Assembly (NCBI GenBank): GCA_037441285.1
Contig: JBBISL010000004.1
Location: 22,398 to 86,397, forward strand
Source of the DNA: a candidate division WOR-3 bacterium
GTDB lineage: Bacteria > Hydrothermota > Tepidihabitantia > Tepidihabitantales > Tepidihabitantaceae
DNA: 64,000 nt
Direction of reading: 5' to 3'
The position numbers and the translations under genes are program-made. The notes under the pieces were generated by a model, which saw only the letters and a list, made by a program, of their open reading frames with translations, did no database searches and was not told the DNA's origin. Positions 30,314 through 40,806 of the stretch are shown in pieces. Every line of letters starts with the position of its first letter. Within the stretch, counting starts at the first letter, position 1.

Positions 30314-31621
30314 CTAAAATCGATACCGAACCCCAAAAAATATTTCATCCACCCTGTTGAGCGGCGCGAATGCTGAACCATTACCACCATTAAATACCAT
30401 TCCACCCAGGTCAATCTCAAGACCATCTACCGGCAGAAAACGGATTAGGGGAACCAATCCCAATGACCTCTTTTTTAAATCAACCACTCCACTCAGCCGG
30501 GTCAACACCCTATCGGCAAACAATTTGCGTTCCACCGCGCCCAGAATAAAATCCTTCATCCATTCCTTTTGTAACCGTGCCAGGGGAAAATCGCCGTGTA
30601 GATACTGAAGGTTGAGATAAAACCCGGCAACAGAGTAATCAAAACCACCAATAACCGAGAGTTCGTCCTTAACCAGTGTATCGTTATAAAAGGCATATGC
30701 CGCTTCAGCCCAGAGCCCAACCCCAAAAAGGTTCCCTGCTATTTCTGCGCCCACCACCTTCTTCTCCGGAAACCACTGCCTTAGAACAAAATCCAACCGC
30801 TGCCCTATCACATCGATGTTCGTTACCGGCTGTGCTGCTGGTAAAAAGTCATAGCCCCGTAAAAAGCTCAGGGCAAGGTCAAAGTTTCCCAGATGGCTTT
30901 TTAATCTTCCACCCCAGGTAATATCCCGGAAATTTCTTCCGGGCAGTTTTATCTCTTCCTGCGCCGTTATCGTATAAGCATTGGCAACCTGCCACGCGGT
31001 AACAGAATCTAAACCCTGTCGGATGAACTCTTCCACCAAACCGTAACGCAGTTGCTCAATATCCGGCAGAACCGCGACTGAAAACCATTCAGGTGAGGTT
31101 GCCACTGCCGGCTCAAAAATCGGTTTTGCACCGAGTTCTATTCCGAAGGCACTAACCGGCATATAGCTGAGATGAACCATCCATACTGGTCGCCGTTCAT
31201 CCCAGACCAGAGGGTCCGAATAGTCCGGAGTGGTGAAATTGTCCGTAGGATTAACCGCATCGGCTGTGCCCCAATGAACCTTTTGCCGTCCTGCCGTCAA
31301 ATTCAACCCGGGCAAAATGTCATAAATCCGGACAAATACCTCGTCAAGCATCAGAGATACCGGCTCCAGTTTACTGGCATCGCTCAAATCAGAAGCACCA
31401 GTTAAAAATGGATAACCGTTTGTTTTAACCGTCACTCCCAGCTTTGTCTCGAACCGGTCTGAAGTAACCGGCACAAAAGTTAAACTCGCCCGGGTAGAAA
31501 ACCAGGTAAACTTTGTGCTGTCTTTGCCACTAAATCTAAGATGTGCCCTGGTCCCCAAATCGCCCTGGATTGAAACCTGCGTTACAACCAGGATGTTCAG
31601 TAAAATTGCGCCGATGCCCAT
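30314..31621 (-). CDS. Outer membrane beta-barrel protein (DUF1302-like), last gene of the MarR-MMPL operon
   Basis: Signal peptide, beta-strand-rich sequence, and a C-terminal ...GVRYRF ending in the aromatic residue typical of outer membrane barrels. Confidence 0.5.
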   Translation of the reverse strand: MGIGAILLNILVVTQVSIQGDLGTRAHLRFSGKDSTKFTWFSTRASLTFVPVTSDRFETKLGVTVKTNGYPFLTGASDLSDASKLEPVSLMLDEVFVRIYDILPGLNLTAGRQKVHWGTADAVNPTDNFTTPDYSDPLVWDERRPVWMVHLSYMPVSAFGIELGAKPIFEPAVATSPEWFSVAVLPDIEQLRYGLVEEFIRQGLDSVTAWQVANAYTITAQEEIKLPGRNFRDITWGGRLKSHLGNFDLALSFLRGYDFLPAAQPVTNIDVIGQRLDFVLRQWFPEKKVVGAEIAGNLFGVGLWAEAAYAFYNDTLVKDELSVIGGFDYSVAGFYLNLQYLHGDFPLARLQKEWMKDFILGAVERKLFADRVLTRLSGVVDLKKRSLGLVPLIRFLPVDGLEIDLGGMVFNGGNGSAFAPLNRVDEIFFGVRYRF

Positions 31622-32350
31622 TTATGCCCCCTTTTTCATATTCTCTTCGGTAAAGTAACTGTCCTTAATCCCGACATCAATCTCAACATCAAGGAGTTTT
31701 AACTCGGTTATCGTGCCCCGTGCCAGGTTGTCCAATCGCACCGTTCGTGGAATCCAGACTTCGTTTGCCTTTTGGAAATCGGCAAAAACTAACGATTTTG
31801 CCACACGCCCGTCTCGGGCAATCTTCTCCAATCGCAATGGGAGAAACCGCTCCTTCTCCACCCAGAGTCGGCTCTTTTCCCCATCCTGTTCCAGCGTAAT
31901 GAGATAAGCCTTTACGCCGTTGAGTTCCACCTCATCCGCCTCCCCGTGGGCAACGCTCGTTCCGAAAGAAATACTCGCCATTTCTTTATAGGAAAAGTCG
32001 GACCCGCCAAAACTCTGGTCCGCAGCACTCCCGGAAATTCTCCTTACCCGGCCCTGCGCCGGCAGATAGACCCACATATTTTCGGGCGATGTCGTAAGAA
32101 AACTCACGCCTCTTAACTCAGCGGGCGAAATAAAAGTCACCAGCATCTTCTTGTCACCCTTCATCACCATCCGCAAGGTGCGTTCCTGCACCCTTTTGCT
32201 TTTATCGGTTATCCGCATCACCGCTTTAACCCGGCGGTCCTGAGCTGTGGTTGTGTTTCGTAACCGATTCAAAACCTCCTGGGCGCTCATCGCGTAAACC
32301 CCTATAAAAAGTCCACCCAGCAGCAACATCGTTCTTCTTATTTTACCCAT
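31622..32350 (-). CDS. LolA-like outer membrane lipoprotein-sorting protein family
   Basis: Signal peptide MGKIRRTMLLLGGLFIGVYAMSAQ; pattern ...MVMKGDKKMLVTFISPAELRGVSFLT...MWVYLPA.. typical of LolA-like (DUF1329/LolA_2) partners of MMPL exporters. Confidence 0.55.
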   Translation of the reverse strand: MGKIRRTMLLLGGLFIGVYAMSAQEVLNRLRNTTTAQDRRVKAVMRITDKSKRVQERTLRMVMKGDKKMLVTFISPAELRGVSFLTTSPENMWVYLPAQGRVRRISGSAADQSFGGSDFSYKEMASISFGTSVAHGEADEVELNGVKAYLITLEQDGEKSRLWVEKERFLPLRLEKIARDGRVAKSLVFADFQKANEVWIPRTVRLDNLARGTITELKLLDVEIDVGIKDSYFTEENMKKGA

Positions 32351-32362
32351 TTTGACCTCCTT

Positions 32363-34621
32363 TTATCTTGCTTTTTTATCTCTAAATCCGGCGAAAATCG
32401 CTGGTAGTAAAACCAGTGCACCGATGCTGGATAGAAGCATCGCACCGGCAATCAGCAGCCCGAACTTCTGAATTATCACCAGAGAAGCAAACGCCAGCAC
32501 CGCAAAGCCAAGACCGACCGCCAGGGCATTGATGACAATTGGCGGTCCTACACCTGCAAGGGTACGGCGCAGGCACTCTCTAATATCAACCCCAACCCGG
32601 CTTTCCTCCTGAAAACGGGCGAGAAAATGACAGGAGTAATCAATCCCAATTCCCAATGCGATTGCCCCCAGCATCGCAGTGACAATATCAACCTCAATAC
32701 CCCAAATCCCCATAACGCCAAAGGCAACCGTGAGAGTAAACCCGATTGGAACCATTCCGGCTAATCCAAAACGCACCGAGCGGAAAAAGGCGGCGACAAT
32801 AATAAATACCGCCAGGAATGCCACGACAATGCTCCACAACTGGCTTGTGGCAATCGCTCGATGCAAGGCATAAACTGCCAGGGGCATCCCCCCCAGTTCA
32901 ACCTTTACATCAGAACCAAAATTGCGCTTTAATAGCTTTTGAATCTCTATCACCGCCTTACCAATCTCACTGCTTTTCTCCTGACTGAACTGGGCGGTAA
33001 TCCTTGCCCGAGCGTAGTCACTGGTCACCATATCAGCCAGATAGTCTGAACCGGAAAAGGAAAGTAACAACAGAAATTGCGCAATGCCCTCTCTCGTATC
33101 AGGAATTACCTCAAACTTGGGGTCGTCGCCATGAAACGCCCGATTTGCCCTTTTTAACACATCAACAATCGAGGTGATATGGGTGACATACCGCACCTGT
33201 TTTAGCTCGTTAATAAACTTATCTATTTGGCACAAAACCGCCGGGTCCTGAATGTCCCCATCAACAACAATCTCAAATTGTAACTCACCACCAAACTGCT
33301 CATTGACAATTTTTGCCGCTCGGGTCGGACTGGAACCGGGTTTAAAGTAGCGGACAAAATCGGTTTCGGGTTTCACCTTCACACCCCAAAATAGCGACCC
33401 AATCATAACAATCCCGGCACAAATTAGAACTGGTGTGCGCGCCCGCCGAATCCAATCTGCCCACCTTTCAAAAATCAAGCCTCTGCCTTGCGCCATCGCC
33501 TGCGTCTTTCCAATATCACACCGCCTTCTCCGCTCGAGTAAAACAAGCAACGCCGGCAAAAACAGTACCGCCAGAATAAAAGAAAATATCACGCCAATCA
33601 CCGAGAAAATTGCAAAGGCACGAATCGCGTTAATTCGCATCACCACATTAGCCCCAAACCCGACAACCGTCGTCGCCATCGCCAGAAATACAGGCATTCC
33701 GGTATTACCCACCGCCGTCTGAACAAGTTCCAAACCACATTTGCCCATCCGCCTTTCCTGCAACCAGCGTTCTACGATATGAATCCCATAAGCACTCCCT
33801 ACCGAAAGCACAATCGGAGGCAAAACAATCAAAACTACGGTCAAAGGTTGTCCGGTCAAAGCAATCAGCCCCAAAGTCCATAGCACCGCAATGCCCACGG
33901 TCAGGATGGGTAGAACGACACCCTGCCAGTTACGAAATAGAAAAACAAACACCAGCACCAATACGAGTACAACCAGCGGAATGAGTCGGGTCAGGTCCTG
34001 CATCATCCAGTCCCGCATAAATTTCATCAATGCCGCAGAACCGGTCAGTGATATCCGGGTACCGATTCCCTTCTTCTGCACTTCCCTTTCAACTTCCCGT
34101 ACCGCGGACAACTTATCAACACCGGGCTTGAACCGAACCAGCAACAGCATGCTATTACCATCCTCAGCCAGTAATCTCCCTCGATACCGTTCATCGCTTA
34201 AAAGCCGTTCCCTCAGCTTCTTTAACCCCGTTTCACTTGTCGGAATCGATTCAATCACCCGCGATATTTGCACCTCATCTCCGACGCCGACGACATCTTG
34301 AAGATTGGTGAGCGCCACCACTTCGTTCACGGGCGTCAGCGCTTCCAGACTCCGCACCAGGCTGTCCAACTGCAAAAGCCCGCCGGATGCAAATAAATTA
34401 TCGGCCTCAACCAGCACCACCACCTGGTCGGAGCCCCCAAAATCTTCGTCCACGACTTTTAAAACCCCCACCCCGGACTCGTTTTCCGGCAAAAGCGAAA
34501 TTACATCTGCCTCAACCCTCAACCGGCTTAGCAGCAAAACCGCCCCCAGCGTCAGCAGACTGACCACCAGGACAATCCACCCGGGAAATTTAAAAACCAG
34601 GTAGGCAATTCGTTTCATCAT
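32363..34621 (-). CDS. MMPL/RND-superfamily exporter (HpnN-like)
   Basis: 752 aa with 12 TM helices in two 6-TM bundles, each preceded by a large periplasmic loop; the GxxxD-like TM4 region is typical of RND/MMPL transporters. Confidence 0.75.
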   Translation of the reverse strand: MMKRIAYLVFKFPGWIVLVVSLLTLGAVLLLSRLRVEADVISLLPENESGVGVLKVVDEDFGGSDQVVVLVEADNLFASGGLLQLDSLVRSLEALTPVNEVVALTNLQDVVGVGDEVQISRVIESIPTSETGLKKLRERLLSDERYRGRLLAEDGNSMLLLVRFKPGVDKLSAVREVEREVQKKGIGTRISLTGSAALMKFMRDWMMQDLTRLIPLVVLVLVLVFVFLFRNWQGVVLPILTVGIAVLWTLGLIALTGQPLTVVLIVLPPIVLSVGSAYGIHIVERWLQERRMGKCGLELVQTAVGNTGMPVFLAMATTVVGFGANVVMRINAIRAFAIFSVIGVIFSFILAVLFLPALLVLLERRRRCDIGKTQAMAQGRGLIFERWADWIRRARTPVLICAGIVMIGSLFWGVKVKPETDFVRYFKPGSSPTRAAKIVNEQFGGELQFEIVVDGDIQDPAVLCQIDKFINELKQVRYVTHITSIVDVLKRANRAFHGDDPKFEVIPDTREGIAQFLLLLSFSGSDYLADMVTSDYARARITAQFSQEKSSEIGKAVIEIQKLLKRNFGSDVKVELGGMPLAVYALHRAIATSQLWSIVVAFLAVFIIVAAFFRSVRFGLAGMVPIGFTLTVAFGVMGIWGIEVDIVTAMLGAIALGIGIDYSCHFLARFQEESRVGVDIRECLRRTLAGVGPPIVINALAVGLGFAVLAFASLVIIQKFGLLIAGAMLLSSIGALVLLPAIFAGFRDKKAR

Positions 34622-34663
34622 AGACTGATTCCTTTAGTTTCTGCAATAAACTTTATAGTATTA

Positions 34664-34675
34664 AATATTAATATT
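34664..34675. promoter_or_regulatory. Perfect 12-bp palindrome AATATTAATATT, candidate MarR operator overlapping the transcription start of the MMPL operon
   Basis: It lies just downstream of the minus-strand -10 box. The flanking GTATTA...TAATAC inverted repeats extend the symmetry. Confidence 0.4.
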
Positions 34676-34679
34676 ATAA

Positions 34680-34708
34680 ATAATACACAATGTTAATTAT
34701 TTGTCAAG
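34680..34708 (-). promoter_or_regulatory. σ70-like promoter (minus strand) TTGACA-N17-TATTAT for the MMPL-LolA-like-barrel operon
   Basis: Plus strand shows TGTCAA at 34703-34708 and ATAATA at 34680-34685, i.e. TTGACA and TATTAT on the minus strand. Confidence 0.45.
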
Positions 34709-34753
34709 AAAAAAATTAAAGGTCGATCGGGGTGAGATTTTATATGCCGCTGG

Positions 34754-35164
34754 TTACTTTTTCGCCACCAAACCCTGTGCCAGTTGTTCTAAGGTATCGA
34801 TAAAAACCTTCAGGTTTTGGTCCGGGATACGCCGCATCATCTTCAGCAATCCCTGACGGTTCAACCTTGCCAGGTGTTGCGCCATCTTGACTCCGGCTGG
34901 GGTTAATTGAACCAAAACCACCCGCCGGTCCTCGGTGGAACGGTCGCGTTCTACTAACTTCTTTTTCACTAAACGGTCGACCAGACCACTGGCATTGGCC
35001 TTAGAAATTCCCAGAACCTCGGCAAGTTGATTCATACTTGTCTGCCGCATATTCAATAGGGTAATAAGTACCATCGTCTGGGAAAAGGAAAACTCCTGCC
35101 CTAACGCCTCAACCGAACTTAACAACCTCAAACCCCGGACGAGAATCGGTCCGAGCCATTCCAA
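34754..35164 (-). CDS. MarR-family transcriptional regulator
   Basis: Winged-HTH segment ...SMNQLAEVLGISKANASGLVDRLVKKKLVERDRSTEDRRVVLVQLTPAG... Confidence 0.8.
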   Translation of the reverse strand: MEWLGPILVRGLRLLSSVEALGQEFSFSQTMVLITLLNMRQTSMNQLAEVLGISKANASGLVDRLVKKKLVERDRSTEDRRVVLVQLTPAGVKMAQHLARLNRQGLLKMMRRIPDQNLKVFIDTLEQLAQGLVAKK

Positions 35165-35353
35165 TTTTGCTAAATAAAAATCCTCTTTCTTGCCGATATA
35201 TTATTATTCTATTTTCACGGCGGTTGTCAATCACAACTTTGAAGATTAAAAACCCATTACCAAAACAGGAAAAACTTTCCCCTATTTATCTTGACTTTTG
35301 CCCGCAATGCCTTACTCTTTAATAACAATGCTATCAAAGCAAGGAGTTAAACT

Positions 35354-36634
35354 ATGACCGCTAAAAATCTTTATGAAATTGACCCGGAAATTTTTGACGC
35401 GATTGTCAAAGAAACCAACCGGCAGCACTCCAATTTAGAATTGATCGCCTCAGAAAATTTCTGTTCCGAGGCGGTGCTCGCGGCTCTCGGTTCGGTTTTG
35501 ACCAATAAGTATGCCGAAGGCTATCCTAAAAAACGCTATTACGGCGGCTGCCGTTATGTCGACATCGCCGAAGAGTTAGCAATTCAACGTGCCAAGGAGC
35601 TATTCGGCTGCGACCATGCCAATGTCCAGCCCCACTCTGGCACTCAGGCGAATATCGCCGCCTATTTAACTCTGGCGCAGCCCGGCGACACTATTATGGG
35701 ACTATCGCTTTCCCACGGTGGCCACCTTTCGCATGGCCACCCCATCAACTTCTCTGGCCGCTATTTTAAAGTTGTCCATTACACCGTTGACCCGAATACC
35801 GAAATGCTTGACTACGAGGCGATAAGAAAACTGGCGCGGGAACATAAACCCCGCGTCATTGTTAGCGGCGCCTCGGCTTATCCGCGAACCATTCATTTCG
35901 ACCGATTCCAGGAAATTTGTGATGAGGTCGGTGCCGCGCAAATTGCCGACATTGCCCACATCGCTGGACCAATTGCCGCGGGGCTTCATCCTTCCCCAAT
36001 ACCTTATGCGGACATTGTGACAACAACAACCCACAAAACCTTACGCGGTCCCCGCGGGGCAATTATCATGTGCAAGGCAAAGTATGCTGAAGAACTGGAC
36101 AAAGTAGTTTTCCCGGGGACCCAAGGCGGACCACTCGAACATTGCATTGCTGCCAAAGCGGTGGCATTCAAAGAAGCGCTGACCCCTGAATTCAAGGAGT
36201 ACCAACAACAGACCCTCGCCAATGCTAAAACCTTAGCCGAAGAACTTGCAAAACGGGGATTCCGGCTCTGCACCGGTGGTACCGACAACCATTTAATGCT
36301 TGTCGACCTGCGACCTAAGAACATCAAAGGCCGGGATGCGGAACGGCTTCTCGGGAAAGTGGGCATCACCGTAAACCGCAACACCATTCCCTTTGACCCG
36401 GAAAAACCATTCATTGCCTCGGGTATGCGGCTGGGTACACCCGCCCTTACGACCCGCGGGATGAAGGAACCGGAGATGGTAAGAATTGCTGAACTGATTG
36501 ACCGAACTATTACCGCGGGCGACGACGAAGCCAAACTGGAAAAAATCAAAGCCGAAGTAAAAGAACTTGTCGATTCTTTCCCGCTTTATCAGGAACGAAG
36601 AGCCGAATATCAAACTATTATCCCGAAGGAATAA
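35354..36634 (+). CDS. glyA: Serine hydroxymethyltransferase
   Basis: ...[29 protein letters not shown]... and the PLP-lysine region [13 protein letters not shown]. Confidence 0.9.
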   Translation: MTAKNLYEIDPEIFDAIVKETNRQHSNLELIASENFCSEAVLAALGSVLTNKYAEGYPKKRYYGGCRYVDIAEELAIQRAKELFGCDHANVQPHSGTQANIAAYLTLAQPGDTIMGLSLSHGGHLSHGHPINFSGRYFKVVHYTVDPNTEMLDYEAIRKLAREHKPRVIVSGASAYPRTIHFDRFQEICDEVGAAQIADIAHIAGPIAAGLHPSPIPYADIVTTTTHKTLRGPRGAIIMCKAKYAEELDKVVFPGTQGGPLEHCIAAKAVAFKEALTPEFKEYQQQTLANAKTLAEELAKRGFRLCTGGTDNHLMLVDLRPKNIKGRDAERLLGKVGITVNRNTIPFDPEKPFIASGMRLGTPALTTRGMKEPEMVRIAELIDRTITAGDDEAKLEKIKAEVKELVDSFPLYQERRAEYQTIIPKE

Positions 36635-36636
36635 TT

Positions 36637-37917
36637 ATGGCGCGACCAACAATTGCTCGTTTTACCGCCCGGGAAATTCTTGACTCCCGGGGCAATCCCA
36701 CACTTGAAGTTGACTGCATCCTTGCCAACGGAATTATGGGAAGGGCATCGGTTCCATCCGGCGCTTCGGTTGGTTCGTTTGAAGCCCTGGAAATGCGCGA
36801 CAAAGACCCGAAGCGCTACCTCGGTAAGGGCGTGCTCAAAGCGATTGCCAACATTCACGATGTTATTTCACCCCGCCTCGTCGGAATGGATGCCACTGAC
36901 CAGTTTCAGATTGACCAGATGCTGATTGAACTGGACGGCACCAAGAATAAATCTAAACTCGGTGCCAATGCCATCCTCGGCGTTTCCCTTGCTGTCTGCC
37001 GAGCCGCCGCGGTGTGTGCTGGACTCCCCATCTACCGTTTGCTGGGTGGTGCCGGTACCAGATTTACCCCAACACCGTTTCTGAACATCATCAACGGTGG
37101 CCTGCACGCCCCTAACAATCTTGACTTCCAAGAGTATATGATTGTTCCCGCCGGTTTTCCAACATTCCGCGATGCGATTCGGGCCGCCGCTGAAATCTAC
37201 CAGACGCTAAAGAAAATTCTTGAAGCCAAGAACCTTCCCACAACTGTTGGTGACGAAGGCGGCATGGCACCAAATTTCTCCAGCAACGAAGAACCCCTGC
37301 AGATAATTATGCAGGCAATTGAGCAGGCTGGCTATATTCCCGGGGAACAGGTTTACCTGGCAATTGATGTTGCCGCCAGCACTATTTACCGTGATGGCGT
37401 CTATCTGCTTAGCAACCCTGAGAAACGAACCGTCACCGCCAATGAATTGATCGGCCTCTATGCCGAATGGACCGAACGCTACCCGATTATCTCCATCGAA
37501 GACGGTCTGGCAGAAGAAGACTGGGCAGGCTGGCATGAACTAACCTCCCGACTTGGCAAAAGGGTTCAACTGGTTGGAGATGATATCTTTGTCACCAACA
37601 TCGAGCGCCTCCATCGCGGTATCCAGGAAGGTGCTGCCAACGCAGTTCTGGTAAAACCCACCCAGATTGGCACGGTAAGCGAAACCATCGATTGCGTCAA
37701 AGTCGCAATGGAAAATGGCTACCGCGCGATTGTCTCGCACCGCTCGGGTGAAACCGATGACCATTTTATCGCTGACCTCGCCGTAGCGGTTAACTGTGGC
37801 CAGATTAAAACTGGAGCACCCTGCCGTGGTGAACGAACCGCCAAATACAACCGATTGATTCGAATTGAAGAAGAAGACCGCCTGCCTTACGCTGGTCTTA
37901 AAACCCTATCACGATGA
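36637..37917 (+). CDS. eno: Enolase (phosphopyruvate hydratase)
   Basis: ...[15 protein letters not shown]...[15 protein letters not shown]... and ..[11 protein letters not shown].. signatures. Confidence 0.9.
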   Translation: MARPTIARFTAREILDSRGNPTLEVDCILANGIMGRASVPSGASVGSFEALEMRDKDPKRYLGKGVLKAIANIHDVISPRLVGMDATDQFQIDQMLIELDGTKNKSKLGANAILGVSLAVCRAAAVCAGLPIYRLLGGAGTRFTPTPFLNIINGGLHAPNNLDFQEYMIVPAGFPTFRDAIRAAAEIYQTLKKILEAKNLPTTVGDEGGMAPNFSSNEEPLQIIMQAIEQAGYIPGEQVYLAIDVAASTIYRDGVYLLSNPEKRTVTANELIGLYAEWTERYPIISIEDGLAEEDWAGWHELTSRLGKRVQLVGDDIFVTNIERLHRGIQEGAANAVLVKPTQIGTVSETIDCVKVAMENGYRAIVSHRSGETDDHFIADLAVAVNCGQIKTGAPCRGERTAKYNRLIRIEEEDRLPYAGLKTLSR

Positions 37918-38186
37918 GCGGCAAGCGTAAAACCGTGTTGATTTTCGCCGGCGGCTTATTTATCCTGCTCGGCACCATATTTCTTCCTGGACCAAACGGA
38001 CTGGTCCGGGTTCTTTTAAGACTGTATCGCATCAAACAGCACCAGCGTGCTCTCGTACGATTAAAGGCAAAAACTGACACCTTAGAACGCAAAATCAAGC
38101 TCTGGCAAAACCCGGATTACGCGGCAAAAATGGCACGCACTCTTCTGGGTCCGGACACCTCCTCCCAATCTGACACGAACAAGTAG
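37914..38186 (+). CDS. ftsB: Septum formation initiator (FtsB/DivIC-like)
   Basis: Single N-terminal TM helix plus a coiled-coil [35 protein letters not shown]. It is overlap-coupled to eno, the conserved eno-ftsB synteny. Confidence 0.55.
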   Translation: MSGKRKTVLIFAGGLFILLGTIFLPGPNGLVRVLLRLYRIKQHQRALVRLKAKTDTLERKIKLWQNPDYAAKMARTLLGPDTSSQSDTNK

Positions 38187-38189
38187 TCG

Positions 38190-38963
38190 CTAAACCGGTG
38201 GCAATAACACCTGAGGCCTTCCAGTAAAGGGATGTTTCGTTACAACCGGTTCCAAACCGTAGGCAGCGTGGATTAAATCCGGGGTCAGAACCTTTTCTGG
38301 TACATCGCAAGCGACCGGTTTCCCTTTCGCCAGTAATAGTAACCGTGAGCAAAAAGCGGCTTCATTCAAATCGTGCGACACAAGTACAATTGTTTTTCCC
38401 TGGTTATTTAGTGTTTTCAGGATTTGCAATATCGTCACCTGGTGAACAAGGTCCAGGTGGGCAGTCGCTTCATCGAGTAAAAGAATTTCGGGCTCCTGTG
38501 CCAGCGCCCGGGCAAGGAGTACCCTTTGCTTTTCCCCGGCTGATATTGAGTTGATGTTTTGCCCGGCAAGCATTTGTACCCCGGTCAATCTCATCGCTTC
38601 GGCTGCCTTCTTTAAGTCCTCTGCTCCTGGCCGCTCCAGGAGTTTTAGATATGGGTTGCGCCCCATCATCACCACCTCCTGGACCGTCCATTCAAAAGCA
38701 AAAAAACTCTCCTGTGGCACAAAGGCAATGGTCCGAGCAATCTCTCGCCGAGACAACTGGTTGAGCTCTTTCTCCATCACCTTGACAACGCCCCGCTGTG
38801 GTTTTCGCACGCCGGCAAGCAAACGCAAAAGGGTTGATTTACCTGAACCATTCGGGCCAATGATGCCGAGAAACTCACCCGATTCAATCGCAAGAAAAAA
38901 CTCTTCAAAAATCAATGCTTGCGTATAGCCGAAACTTATCTTTTCCGCGGTGATTGCTTTCAT
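38190..38963 (-). CDS. ABC transporter ATP-binding protein (iron-chelate/cobalamin type, FecE/BtuD-like)
   Basis: Walker A GPNGSGKST, signature LSAGEKQRV, Walker B LLLDE. Confidence 0.8.
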   Translation of the reverse strand: MKAITAEKISFGYTQALIFEEFFLAIESGEFLGIIGPNGSGKSTLLRLLAGVRKPQRGVVKVMEKELNQLSRREIARTIAFVPQESFFAFEWTVQEVVMMGRNPYLKLLERPGAEDLKKAAEAMRLTGVQMLAGQNINSISAGEKQRVLLARALAQEPEILLLDEATAHLDLVHQVTILQILKTLNNQGKTIVLVSHDLNEAAFCSRLLLLAKGKPVACDVPEKVLTPDLIHAAYGLEPVVTKHPFTGRPQVLLPPV

Positions 38964-39907
38964 ACTTTCGTGCGCAGGAGATACACAAAAAACGGCACAC
39001 CAATCAGCGCCGTTACCACTGATAACGGTAATCCCGCGGGCGTCAACACCCTTACCAGCACATCCGCAAAAAGCAAAACCCCTGCCCCGAGGATAAAAGA
39101 ACCGGGCAAAACCTGACTGTGCTTGGGACTAAATAGCATCCTTACCAAATGAGGTACCACCAACCCAATAAAACTTATCGCACCAGTCCAGGCAACAATC
39201 AATCCAACCGCAACCGACCCGATAAGAAAAACCATTTTCGTCATTCGCTGCACCTCAACACCTAAACTCAGTGCCGTCTCTTCGTTCAGGGAAATGATAT
39301 CCAGCTCTCGGCTGTGAATCACCAACCAGATACATCCCGCTAATGCAAAACTGGCGGATAGGATAAAAAGCCCCAATGACTTTCGGGTAAAAACCACCCC
39401 CAAACTTCCCATCATCAGGTAAACCGCTTCGCCCAGAGACCGGTGGGCGATAACCATCACCAGCATCACTAAACTGGAAAAGAAAAAACTAACAATAACT
39501 CCTGCTAAAACCAGTCGGATAACAGTTAAACCACCCCGGCTTCGAGAAAGCACATAGACCACGCCAATCGCCAGAATTGCTCCCGAGAAAGCAAAAATCG
39601 GCAAAAGTATACTGGACCCGGTACCAGAAACGAGGGCAAAAGTCGCGCCCAGCGCGGCGCCGCTGGCGACACCAAGCGTCCAGGGGTCAACAAGTGGATT
39701 ACGGAGAAGTCCTTGAAACGCGCCCCCCACAACCGCAAGCACCCCACCCGCAATAATCCCAACTAAAACGCGGGGCAATCGAAAAAGTAGAATCTGATTG
39801 AATTGCCTAAAAGAAAAACCGCCGGGTCCGGTCAAAATTGAGAGCACAACACTTAAAATCAATAAAAGAACTATGCCAATCCAGTTCAATCGTGCCTTGG
39901 AGCGCAT
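38960..39907 (-). CDS. Iron-chelate/cobalamin ABC transporter permease (FecCD family)
   Basis: About 9-10 TM helices with FecCD-family conserved Gly-rich stretches. Confidence 0.8.
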   Translation of the reverse strand: MRSKARLNWIGIVLLLILSVVLSILTGPGGFSFRQFNQILLFRLPRVLVGIIAGGVLAVVGGAFQGLLRNPLVDPWTLGVASGAALGATFALVSGTGSSILLPIFAFSGAILAIGVVYVLSRSRGGLTVIRLVLAGVIVSFFFSSLVMLVMVIAHRSLGEAVYLMMGSLGVVFTRKSLGLFILSASFALAGCIWLVIHSRELDIISLNEETALSLGVEVQRMTKMVFLIGSVAVGLIVAWTGAISFIGLVVPHLVRMLFSPKHSQVLPGSFILGAGVLLFADVLVRVLTPAGLPLSVVTALIGVPFFVYLLRTKV

Positions 39908-40806
39908 CAGTGAAATTTATCCGGATGTAGCAATCGAGCAAGCAAAACTATTCCATCAACTACCCTGGGACCGGGACGGAAAAAAAGGTCTTCATCCAGA
40001 CCGGAATATACTCTGCCTGAACATACCGCCTTTATGCTCGACCAGCCTATCCGCTGTTTAATCTCCCCCTCACTCACTAACGGATGAAGCAACAGGATAA
40101 CATCCGGATTTGCCTTTGCCACCAATTCCGGGTCAACAACCGGATAAGGTGTATTGAAATCTTCAAACACATTTTGCCCGCCGGCGCGGTGAATGATGTC
40201 GTTGATAAATGCACCCTTACCGACACTCATCAATGGCGCAACCGAAATTTCCACATAAACCTTCGGTTTATCCGAAAAGGTCGGCAGCGAATCCAGCCGC
40301 CGACGCAAATCTGACACCAATCTCCTTGCCTCTTCGGTTCGGCCCAGTATGACGCCTACCGACTCAATTTCGGCAAAGACCCCTTCAATGTCTTGGGGAT
40401 GAGATACATATACCGGTATCCTTAACTCTCTCAACCGCTCAATAAGTTGCCGGTGCATCGGTACAGTAGTAAAAACAATATCGGGCTTCAACGCTAAAAT
40501 TCGCTCAATGTCGGGCGATTGAAAATCACCCACTTTAATTTTCTCTCTCGCTCGCAACGGGAAATCACACTGATTTGTTGTACCAGAGAGCATTTCCTCT
40601 GCTCCTATGGCATAAATTATTTCCGTAATACTGGGCACAAGCGAAACACAGCGCAATTTCTTCTCGGTTGTTAAGCTACGTTTCCGAGAACCACAACTAA
40701 CCACTGTCAGCAAAAAAAGGAGTAGAATGCAATGGAAAAATACTCGCAAACTGACACCTCGAAACGAGTTTTCTACTATTATTATCTCACACCTCACCTG
40801 TCGCAT
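39907..40806 (-). CDS. ABC transporter periplasmic substrate-binding lipoprotein (class III, BtuF/FhuD-like)
   Basis: Lipobox ...LLTVVSCGS; ..VSLVPSITEIIYAIGAEE..DFP... resembles BtuF. Start chosen at M14 of the track ORF. Confidence 0.65.
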   Translation of the reverse strand: MRQVRCEIIIVENSFRGVSLRVFFHCILLLFLLTVVSCGSRKRSLTTEKKLRCVSLVPSITEIIYAIGAEEMLSGTTNQCDFPLRAREKIKVGDFQSPDIERILALKPDIVFTTVPMHRQLIERLRELRIPVYVSHPQDIEGVFAEIESVGVILGRTEEARRLVSDLRRRLDSLPTFSDKPKVYVEISVAPLMSVGKGAFINDIIHRAGGQNVFEDFNTPYPVVDPELVAKANPDVILLLHPLVSEGEIKQRIGWSSIKAVCSGRVYSGLDEDLFFRPGPRVVDGIVLLARLLHPDKFH

